NCBI GenBank assembly: GCA_027310235.1
Contig: DAIDBF010000008.1
Span: forward strand, 1-40,196
Reading direction: 5' to 3'
Length of the DNA stretch: 40,196 nucleotides
Source of the DNA: a bacterium
GTDB taxonomy: Bacteria > Patescibacteriota > Minisyncoccia > UBA6257 > GWB1-50-10
The notes under the pieces were generated by a model. It saw only the letters and a list, made by a program, of their open reading frames with translations, did no database searches and was not told the origin of the DNA. Shown in pieces: positions 9,447 to 17,063 of the stretch (its first letter is position 1; each line of letters starts with the position of its first letter). The translations under genes were made by a program, and so were the position numbers.

Positions 9447-11300
9447 ATGAGCTTCTTTCGTAATCACACGCTCTTTGCGCCCGTCGCCATTTTCGTCATC
9501 CTCATCCTCTCGGGTTCTCTTATGTGGCTTACGAGCGGCCAGGAATCGGCGATTATGGATGAACTCGCCCATATTCCCGCCGGATACGGATATGCACGGT
9601 TCCTCGATTATCGGCTGAATCCGGAGCATCCTCCCCTCCTCAAAGCACTCTCCGCCCTCCCTCTCCTTTCTCTTCCGCTCACTTTCCCGACAGGAAGCTC
9701 TCATTGGACAGACGACACGAACGGCCAGTGGGATGTGGGAACTCTCTTCTTTTATGGATCGGGGAACAACGCAGATCAGATCCTCGAATACGTGAGGATA
9801 TTTCCCATCCTCCTCACGCTCCTTACTATCGTCCTCGTATACGTCTGGGCGCGCGAACTTTTTGGGAACGAGTGGGCGCTTCTTCCTGCATTCCTTTTCG
9901 GACTTTCTCCCACTGTACTCGCGCACGGACATTACGTGACGACCGATATCGCGGCGACATTCGGTTTTCTGCTTGCTACCTATGCATTCGTACGATTTTT
10001 AAACTCCCCTTCGCGCAACCGTCTTATCTGGGCGGGAATCGCACTCGGCATCGCGGAGCTCGCGAAGTTTTCCGTCGCGCTCCTCATCCCTTCTTTCGTG
10101 CTCTTCGCGGCATGCTATGCGATCGGAGAAACAATCCGGAAAAAAAACTCCGGCAACCCGGGGCGGCTGTTCCGTTTTTTCATTTCCCGCGCATGCTTAC
10201 GGATCGGGCAGTTGATTCTTATCTTCCTCATCGCACTCGCCGTAATCTATGTCGTGTATTTCATCGTCACCCTGAACTACCCGGCAGAAAAACAGGTGGA
10301 AGATACAAAAGCCATACTTGCCTCTTTCAGTCCTGCGTGGGCGGGAAACTTCGTGACGCAACTCGCGGGACTCGAGATTACCAGACCGATTGCGCAATAT
10401 TTTCTGGGCATCGCCATGGTGCTCCAGCGCTCAAGCGGCGGGAACACGGCATACTTCCTCGGCCACGTTTCGTCAGGCGGATGGTGGTACTACTTCCCCG
10501 TCGTCTTTCTCCTTAAGGAACCAATCCCTTCACTCATTCTCATCTTTATCGCACTTCTCACGGGACTCGCGGTACTCTTCGCGAAATCGCCCTTCGGAAT
10601 GAAACGAATGCGGCGCCTCGGGGAATATCTCGGAATCCACTTCGGCGAGTTCGTCATGATCCTTACCGTTCTGCTCTACTGGCTCTACAGCATTCGCTCG
10701 CCCTTGAATATCGGGATACGACATCTTCTCCCGACGCTTCCTTTCCTTTACATTCTCGCCACCGTCGGCATACAGCGCTTGCTTCGCGGAGACGTGAAGA
10801 AACGTCTTTGGAAAATCGCAGGTGTTGTCATTCTTGCATCTTGGTATCTCGGAGAAACAGTCGCGGCGTACCCTTATTTTCTCTCTTATTTCAACGAAAT
10901 CGGAGGAGGAACGGCGCAGGGATATCGGTATGTTACCGATTCGAATTACGACTGGGGACAGGATATGAAACGGCTTGCCGCATTCGTGAAGGAGCATAAT
11001 ATTCAAAAAATAGCCGTTGATTACTTCGGCGGCGGGGATCCGAAATATTATCTGGGCGACGATACCGTCGAACAGTGGAAATCGAGCAAAGGTGATCCGC
11101 GCATCGACGGAATCGAGTGGCTTGCGGTGTCGGTAAACACGCTCGAGAACGCAATTGCACCTACCGAGAACGGTTTTACGAGAAACACGAAAGACAGCTA
11201 TGAGTGGCTCACTTCGCTCCGCCCCCCCAAAGAAGGCATGGGGCAGGTTCCCGAGCCCGACTACCGGGTGGGGACCTCGATTTTTGTGTATCACCTCTAG
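9447..11300 (+). CDS. ArnT/PMT-like membrane glycosyltransferase (GT-C fold)
   Basis: DE.AH, EHPPL.K, GHYVTTD, DSNYDWGQD motifs; many TM helices. Confidence 0.85.
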   Translation: MSFFRNHTLFAPVAIFVILILSGSLMWLTSGQESAIMDELAHIPAGYGYARFLDYRLNPEHPPLLKALSALPLLSLPLTFPTGSSHWTDDTNGQWDVGTLFFYGSGNNADQILEYVRIFPILLTLLTIVLVYVWARELFGNEWALLPAFLFGLSPTVLAHGHYVTTDIAATFGFLLATYAFVRFLNSPSRNRLIWAGIALGIAELAKFSVALLIPSFVLFAACYAIGETIRKKNSGNPGRLFRFFISRACLRIGQLILIFLIALAVIYVVYFIVTLNYPAEKQVEDTKAILASFSPAWAGNFVTQLAGLEITRPIAQYFLGIAMVLQRSSGGNTAYFLGHVSSGGWWYYFPVVFLLKEPIPSLILIFIALLTGLAVLFAKSPFGMKRMRRLGEYLGIHFGEFVMILTVLLYWLYSIRSPLNIGIRHLLPTLPFLYILATVGIQRLLRGDVKKRLWKIAGVVILASWYLGETVAAYPYFLSYFNEIGGGTAQGYRYVTDSNYDWGQDMKRLAAFVKEHNIQKIAVDYFGGGDPKYYLGDDTVEQWKSSKGDPRIDGIEWLAVSVNTLENAIAPTENGFTRNTKDSYEWLTSLRPPKEGMGQVPEPDYRVGTSIFVYHL

Positions 11301-11497
11301 CGATACTCCTCCTGTCTTTCGCGAGCAGAAACACTTCCTCGCAAAAATCCTGCTCGTTCATCCTCGGAGATCCGAAAATTGCACAAACTCGACCTTATGG
11401 GACTCGAACAGTGTGCAATTTTTGATTTCCTTCGTCTTCACTCGCGGATTTTTGAACTCGTTCGTGTATGCTCACTCAAGACAGGAGGAGTATCGCT
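11299..11497 (-). repeat. GA-rod element, family R1 copy b (folding strand -); starts in the glycosyltransferase stop codon
   Basis: Perfect 20-bp terminal IR agcgatactcctcctgtctt/aagacaggaggagtatcgct; core aaactcgaccttatgggactcg. Confidence 0.85.
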
Positions 11498-11560
11498 GTC
11501 GTCCATATCTAGAAAATCTCGTTTTGAAAAAAAAGAGAGTTTATTTAGGACACAAGAACA

Positions 11561-11738
11561 AAGCGATCATCATTCCTCAAGAGAACATCGGTCGGAGAGC
11601 GTGAAAAAAATCCCCGAGCAACTCGCGTCGCCGAGCCAGGCCCCTCGCCCATAGGGCGTGCAGGGTGGCGAGGAGCGATAAAGCGAGGTGGATTTTCACG
11701 CTTGGAGACCCTGTGAACGAGAGGAATAATGATCGCTT
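11561..11738 (+). repeat. GA-rod element, family R2 copy b
   Basis: Terminal IR aagcgatcatcattcct/aggaataatgatcgctt; homologous to 8438-8614. Confidence 0.85.
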
Positions 11739-11759
11739 ATAACAAGAAAATAAGACGGG

Positions 11760-12569
11760 CTATTGGTAATATATCCTGTTCGGGATTTGGAGATCCACGG
11801 TCTTCACCTTCGAAAAATTAAGCTTACCCGACAGACTTCTTAAGATTGAGTTCAGATTCTCCGGCACGAAATCAAGAGCGAAGAGAAACGTCGGTCCCTG
11901 CGCGATCTCCGCAGACCACGCACGGAGCGAGCTATCCTCAAGAGTCACTCGAAGAGGAACAAATCCTTCGTTTTTAAGCGTTCGTAAGGTTGAAAACATA
12001 TTGTGAATCCATGAGCGGTTCGGAAAAAACGGCATCCCAAGAAGAGGCGTCCGCCGGTTCGTATCGCGAATCGTAAGAATGAGCGTCCCTTCGGCACTCG
12101 GCGCGGGAGCATACAGAACTCCCTCTTCGTCCATCAGAAAACATCCCGTCTCCGATGCTCCGCAGAGAATGCCGTATGGCGTTCGCGGTTCGACGATAAT
12201 ATCCACCTCTCTGGAGAAAAAATGAGGGGTAACCGTGATGCTTTTCAAATCAGGATACCGCTCCAGCTGCTTCGGCACTGAACCGAGCTCCCAGAAGAGA
12301 ATGTTGTTCGGCCCGAGCCATCCGCGCCACGGCACCGTGAGCATGCGGATCGAAAGCGCCGACGTGAGCTCTTCCTTGGACAACTGCGTCGATCCCTCGA
12401 GTCTAAAATCACTCACCTTGAACCACGAGAAATGGAGTATGAAGTACGCGCACCCGATAAGAAGCATAACGAGGAGCGCGATGCCGATAATCCAGTACCA
12501 CAGCGCGCGATGCGCCCGCCTCTGGCGCACCGCCGGATAATTCGATTCGTATCCTTTTTTCTGAAACAT
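11760..12569 (-). CDS. FtsQ/DivIB-like cell division protein
   Basis: Single N-terminal TM, POTRA-like segment, C-terminal VDLQIPNRIYY. Confidence 0.7.
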   Translation of the reverse strand: MFQKKGYESNYPAVRQRRAHRALWYWIIGIALLVMLLIGCAYFILHFSWFKVSDFRLEGSTQLSKEELTSALSIRMLTVPWRGWLGPNNILFWELGSVPKQLERYPDLKSITVTPHFFSREVDIIVEPRTPYGILCGASETGCFLMDEEGVLYAPAPSAEGTLILTIRDTNRRTPLLGMPFFPNRSWIHNMFSTLRTLKNEGFVPLRVTLEDSSLRAWSAEIAQGPTFLFALDFVPENLNSILRSLSGKLNFSKVKTVDLQIPNRIYYQ

Positions 12570-12578
12570 AAGCGTGAT

Positions 12579-13208
12579 TTACTGGTACACCCTCACAGGA
12601 AATGAGTACGTATTCGTTGTAGTATTCCCTCCGACCTCCATTTGTATAGTGTAGTCCCCTTCTTTGTCCCACGCGTGATTGATAACCGTAACTTCATTCT
12701 TCACGACTGTGCCGTTGTCCGCGGCCGCTCCGTCGCCCCAATCGACCCGATAGGAACTCCCGCTATTGATCGAAAAACTCAAGGGCACCGAAACTTTTGT
12801 CATAATCGTCGCCGGCGGAGGAGGAATATAAAAAGACGAGCTCGTGGGCTGAGAGATCGTCCCGCTCGTAAAAAGAGGCGCTGCTTGCAGATACGTGTTA
12901 TTCACCGTTACGGGAGAAGTTCCCTGAAGACCCGCGCCGGCATTCTGAATCGCTTCTCCCGCGCCCGAGAGCAACTTTCCCACCGTATCCCCGAGAAACG
13001 TCTTTATATTTGAGAACGTGCCACTCGCGACGTTCGTGCCGATTTCTTTTGCCTTGGATTCCGCGGCACTCCCGATGTTTTTCGAGGTCGTCTCGACGAA
13101 TTTTCCCGCATCCCCCGTTCCCCACCAGTTGTTATAGGAGTACCACGCGCCGTAACCGAGGAGCCCGAGAATAACGATCCATAAAAAAACTTTGAAAATC
13201 AACTTCAT
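12579..13208 (-). CDS. Membrane-anchored protein with a C-terminal PKD-like domain
   Basis: N-terminal TM; YRVDWGDG...HAWDKEGDYTI PKD signature. Confidence 0.7.
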   Translation of the reverse strand: MKLIFKVFLWIVILGLLGYGAWYSYNNWWGTGDAGKFVETTSKNIGSAAESKAKEIGTNVASGTFSNIKTFLGDTVGKLLSGAGEAIQNAGAGLQGTSPVTVNNTYLQAAPLFTSGTISQPTSSSFYIPPPPATIMTKVSVPLSFSINSGSSYRVDWGDGAAADNGTVVKNEVTVINHAWDKEGDYTIQMEVGGNTTTNTYSFPVRVYQ

Positions 13209-13277
13209 TTTCTCTCATTATACCAAACAACGAGAACGCATTCCCTGCGAACCTCTATCTGCAAAAGGAGGAAGCGT

Positions 13278-14531
13278 TTATCCTTTGATTTCTTTCTTCC
13301 CGATGTAATCCTGAATCACCTCCGGGATTTTGATGGTCCCCTCTTTGGTCTGGTAGTTTTCGAGAAGCGAAAGAAGAGGACGCTGCGAGAATGCCGTCGC
13401 ATTTAAGGTGTGTACAAACTCTTTTTTCCCGTCTTTCGTCTTGTACTTCACATTGATGCCGCGCGACTGGAAGTCGGTGGTGTTGGAGCAGGAATGCGTC
13501 TCGCGGTATCGTTCCTCGCTCGGGAACCACGCTTCGATATCGAACTGCCGCGCGTCTGTCCATCCCATGTCGCCGGTGCAAATTTCAACCACGCGATACG
13601 GAATCTCAAGCGCCTGCATGAGCTTCTCCTGAAGCGAGAGCAAAAACAGATGTTCCTCCCCCGATTGTTCCGGATGTACGAACGAGTACATCTCCACCTT
13701 GTCGAATTGATGCACTCTGAAGATTCCTTTCGTGTCTTTTCCGTACGATCCCGCTTCCCTTCTGAAACACGTCGAGAACCCGACGTAGCGCCGCGGGAGA
13801 TTCTGTTCTTCGAATGTTTCGTTCAGGTGATAGGGGCCCATCGTGTGCTCGGCGCTCCCAATAAGATACAGTTCATCCTTCGGGAAGTAATACCGTTCTT
13901 CTTTCTGATCTGCCGCGAGGCGTCCCATGCCCGCATAGACATCCGGTTTAATCATGACCGGAGGCAATATCGGAGTGAACCCTTCTTTGGTTAATATATC
14001 GAACGCGAGCCGCACGATAGCGAGCTCGAGAAGCGCCATATCCCCCACGAGATATCCGAAACGGCTTCCCGAGACCTCCGATGCTTTTTTCACATTGATG
14101 ATGCCGAGTCCTTCCGCAAGCGAGAGATAATCCTTGGGAACGAAATCGAATTCCGGTTTTTTTCCCACTTCGCGGAGCGTTTTGTTTTCGGTTTCGTCCT
14201 TTCCCACTGGCACGTCGGGAAAGGGAATATTCGGCAAGCGGTTCAACAGTTCTTTCCGCTTCGTCTCGGCGGTGGCGCACTCCGCCTCAAGTTCCGAGAT
14301 ACGCTGTTTTAAAAGCTGCGCGCGGCCTATCAGGTCCTCTTTCTGTTCCTTGGCGAGTTCCTTGCTTAGTGCATTCTGCTCCGCCTTAAGTTCATCGATC
14401 GCCTTTACCTTTCCGCGCCACGCAGTATCAAGCTGAAGAAACTTATCGACGAGCTTCTTGTCGATTTTTTTCTTCTCTACTCCTTCTTTTACCGCATCCG
14501 GATTCTCTCGGATGAAATTTACGTCTAGCAT
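13278..14531 (-). CDS. serS: Serine--tRNA ligase
   Basis: MLDVNFIRENPD, FRREAGSYGKDTKGIFRVHQF. Confidence 0.97.
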   Translation of the reverse strand: MLDVNFIRENPDAVKEGVEKKKIDKKLVDKFLQLDTAWRGKVKAIDELKAEQNALSKELAKEQKEDLIGRAQLLKQRISELEAECATAETKRKELLNRLPNIPFPDVPVGKDETENKTLREVGKKPEFDFVPKDYLSLAEGLGIINVKKASEVSGSRFGYLVGDMALLELAIVRLAFDILTKEGFTPILPPVMIKPDVYAGMGRLAADQKEERYYFPKDELYLIGSAEHTMGPYHLNETFEEQNLPRRYVGFSTCFRREAGSYGKDTKGIFRVHQFDKVEMYSFVHPEQSGEEHLFLLSLQEKLMQALEIPYRVVEICTGDMGWTDARQFDIEAWFPSEERYRETHSCSNTTDFQSRGINVKYKTKDGKKEFVHTLNATAFSQRPLLSLLENYQTKEGTIKIPEVIQDYIGKKEIKG

Positions 14532-14741
14532 ATGCCAATTTATCTTATTTTTCGAGCCATAACATTATGGCGATGAAAAATAAGCCATAATATTGAGCAC
14601 CCCCCACCTTTTCCTTCCCGGATGAGGGTTCGTGTTCGACGATTGCGTTGTTTTTGAATGATGTTCATAATGCTTGGTTTGTTATTCAAAAGGTGGGGGT
14701 AAGGTTTTGTCGATCGCACAAGGTGCGATACAAAGCCCTTA
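14532..14741 (-). mobile_element. Stop-to-start intergenic structured element, family S copy A (lysS-serS)
   Basis: Begins TAAGGGCTTTG; hairpin 1, stem CCCCCACCTTTT/AAAAGGTGGGGG, pseudoknot-like 3' end; homologous to three other copies. Mobility is inferred from dispersal only. Confidence 0.75.
14540..14668 (-). CDS. Putative 42-aa relay/leader peptide in element S-A
   Basis: MNIIQKQRNRRTRTLIREGKGGGCSILWLIFHRHNVMARKIR*; same frame as the other copies; stops 8 nt before the serS ATG. Confidence 0.45.
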   Translation of the reverse strand: MNIIQKQRNRRTRTLIREGKGGGCSILWLIFHRHNVMARKIR

Positions 14742-16184
14742 TTGTTCTTCTTTCATTAACGGGAAAAAGACCGCCTCCCGCATGGGCTTATCCATAATAA
14801 CCGCAAAAAGACGCTCCGAGACGCCGAATCCCGCAGCGGGCGGCATCCCATACTCGAGCGCTTCCAAAAAATCTTCATCCAGCATCTGGGCTTCATTATC
14901 TCCCGCGGCGCGAAGCGCCATTTGCTCTTCGAATCTTCCGCGCTGATCCTCCGGATCGTTCAACTCGGAAAACCCTTTTCCGAGCTCCGTCCCTAATGCA
15001 ACGATCTGAAAACGCTCTACGCGATCCGGTTTACCGGGAACGCGTTTTGCAAGCGGCTCGATTGCTACGGGGGGATTTATAAGAAAACAGGGCTCCGTTA
15101 AATTCGGACGGACGGTTTTTTTATAGATAAGATCAATAAGCCGTCCTTTCCCGGAATTCGGTTCGAATGGGATGCCGAGTTTCCGTGCGTGCGCTTCCAA
15201 TACTTCACGCGAAACCGTTGTGAGATCGAGTGCATTGTATTTTTTGAAAACTTCGTAGTAGTCCACTTTCTTCCATTGTTTTCCCCAGTTCACCTTTTTT
15301 CCGCTATGGACCATGAGAAGCGAACCGCACGTTTTTTTGATCGTCGCCTTGAACATCTTCTCCATGAGACGCATCATATCGTCATAATCCGCATACGCCC
15401 AGTAGCACTCCATCTGCGTATAATCCTGCAGATGCTCTCGATCAATTCCTTCGTTCCTGAATATTCTTCCTATCTCGAAGACCTTCTCAAAACCCGCAAC
15501 GAGCATCTTTTTCAGAGGAAGTTCGAGAGAAATACGAAGATAAAAATCCCTGTCCAGTGCATTATGATGGGTTGCGAAAGGTTCCGCTTCCGCCCCTCCC
15601 GGTACCGGCTCCAAAACGGGTGTCTCGACTTCCAAAAAGTTCTCCTGTTTCAAAAATGTACGGATAGTCCCCCAAAACACGCTTTTCTTTTTCATGAGTT
15701 CCAAAACCTCATGATTCATGATCCCGTCGAGATACCGTTTCCTCAAACGCGTTTCGATGTCTTCAAGCCCGTACCACGAATCCGGGAGAGGGCGAAGACT
15801 CTTCGTGATTATCCTCGCATTTTTGGCAACCACGCTTTTCTCGCCGCGCTTCGTTGTTATCACTCCGCCGGCAACCTCGAGGAAATCCCCCTTGTCAAGC
15901 GTTTCCTTAAGAAGCGTGAATTCTTTCGTCTCTCCCTTCTTTAAAAGCACCTGTAGTTTCCCGCTCGCATCCTCGAGATCAAGGAATATGATACCTCCTT
16001 GATCCCGCATTCCAATCACGCGCCCCGTGAGCCACACCTTTTTCTTTCCGCGGACGAACGCCGAAAATCGCGTAAGCACTTCCGCGATATGCGCCGTTCT
16101 TTTCACCTGTATCGGATATGGATCCGCCACTTCCCGATACCGTGAAAGTTTTTTACGTCGTTCTTCGATAAAATCTTCCAACAT
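14739..16184 (-). CDS. lysS: Lysine--tRNA ligase (class II)
   Basis: OB-fold, YLRISLEL, FRNEGID, GMPPAAGFG. Confidence 0.97.
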   Translation of the reverse strand: MLEDFIEERRKKLSRYREVADPYPIQVKRTAHIAEVLTRFSAFVRGKKKVWLTGRVIGMRDQGGIIFLDLEDASGKLQVLLKKGETKEFTLLKETLDKGDFLEVAGGVITTKRGEKSVVAKNARIITKSLRPLPDSWYGLEDIETRLRKRYLDGIMNHEVLELMKKKSVFWGTIRTFLKQENFLEVETPVLEPVPGGAEAEPFATHHNALDRDFYLRISLELPLKKMLVAGFEKVFEIGRIFRNEGIDREHLQDYTQMECYWAYADYDDMMRLMEKMFKATIKKTCGSLLMVHSGKKVNWGKQWKKVDYYEVFKKYNALDLTTVSREVLEAHARKLGIPFEPNSGKGRLIDLIYKKTVRPNLTEPCFLINPPVAIEPLAKRVPGKPDRVERFQIVALGTELGKGFSELNDPEDQRGRFEEQMALRAAGDNEAQMLDEDFLEALEYGMPPAAGFGVSERLFAVIMDKPMREAVFFPLMKEEQ

Positions 16185-16385
16185 GCTAATACTATCTTAC
16201 GTTTCGAGCCGTACTACGGCGATGAAACGTAAGCCATAGTATTGCGCACCGAGCACTCAACGTGAGCATCTCGGGATTCGACGATAATTGTGATGTGGTG
16301 TGATTCATGGTGTTTCTTTCGAATATCGGGGTTGAGTGCTCGGTAAGGTTTTGTGTATCGCGCTTCGCGCGATATAAAGCCCTTA
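16185..16385 (-). mobile_element. Stop-to-start intergenic structured element, family S copy B (greA-lysS)
   Basis: 201 bp; 8 differences from copy D by manual count. Confidence 0.8.
16192..16308 (-). CDS. Putative 38-aa relay/leader peptide in element S-B
   Basis: MNHTTSQLSSNPEMLTLSARCAILWLTFHRRSTARNVR*; stops 7 nt before the lysS ATG. Confidence 0.45.
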   Translation of the reverse strand: MNHTTSQLSSNPEMLTLSARCAILWLTFHRRSTARNVR

Positions 16386-16844
16386 CTGTATTTTCACAAT
16401 TGTATATTTGGAGATTCCCTTGGGTGTCTGCACCTCCACCGTCTCTCCGGCGTTTCTGCCCAAAAGCTCCCGTCCTAGAGGCGATTCGTTCGAAATAAGA
16501 TCTTGAAACGGATCCGCCTCGTTCGATCCCACGAGCGTGTATTCCACGCGCGCACCATTTCTTTCAAGCGAAACCTTCGATCCTAATCGGACTGTCGTTC
16601 CTCCTTTCGGCTGTTCCTCGATGATCGAAGATGCCTTGAGGAGCTCCTCAAGTTGAACTATCTTCTGTTCCAGAAGCGACTGCTCTTCACGCGCGGCCTG
16701 ATACTCCGCATTCTCCGAAAGATCGCCGAGATCTTTCGCGTGGCGCAGACGTTCGGAAACCGAACCGCGCCCCTCGGTCCTTAATGATTGCAACTCCGCA
16801 ACGAGTGCATCGTGGCGTTCCTTCGTTAAGTATTTTTGTGCCAT
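16383..16844 (-). CDS. greA: Transcription elongation factor GreA
   Basis: GDLSENAEY, ISNESPLG; start taken as MAQKYL at 16844 because the track extension lies inside the repeat. Confidence 0.95.
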   Translation of the reverse strand: MAQKYLTKERHDALVAELQSLRTEGRGSVSERLRHAKDLGDLSENAEYQAAREEQSLLEQKIVQLEELLKASSIIEEQPKGGTTVRLGSKVSLERNGARVEYTLVGSNEADPFQDLISNESPLGRELLGRNAGETVEVQTPKGISKYTIVKIQ

Positions 16845-17063
16845 TCTTGTCTTACTTTTTAAGCCCATCGTTGTGGCGCGAAAAAGTAAGCCACAAGAAT
16901 GAGCACCCCCCACCTTTTCCCAAAAGTGCGGGGGGTTCAACTGACCTTTTGTTTTGTTGATAATGCATATATTTGTCTAAAATTGTTTTCTAAAAGGTGG
17001 GGGGTAAGGTTTTGTCGATCGCGCTTCAAGCGGTGCGTGGAGAAGCGCGATACAAAGCCCTTA
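16845..17063 (-). mobile_element. Stop-to-start intergenic structured element, family S copy C (pbp2-greA)
   Basis: Same architecture as A/B/D with a longer hairpin 1. Confidence 0.75.
16852..16968 (-). CDS. Putative 38-aa relay/leader peptide in element S-C
   Basis: MHYQQNKRSVEPPALLGKGGGCSFLWLTFSRHNDGLKK*; stops 7 nt before the greA ATG. Confidence 0.45.
   Translation of the reverse strand: MHYQQNKRSVEPPALLGKGGGCSFLWLTFSRHNDGLKK

Noticed and set aside
16185..16260. Family S 3' end as an HDV-like or hammerhead ribozyme
   Set aside because: No P3/P1.1 elements for an HDV fold and no CUGANGA core for a hammerhead; self-cleavage by an unknown fold is not excluded
16845..16940. Programmed frameshift fusing the family S mini-ORF to the downstream gene
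   Set aside because: The downstream frame is open in copies C and D but blocked by TAA in B and offset differently in A; no shared slippery heptamer
14532..17063. Repeats as a CRISPR array or T-box leaders
   Set aside because: No regular repeat-spacer periodicity or cas genes; no T-box consensus seen, and copies also precede greA and rplQ
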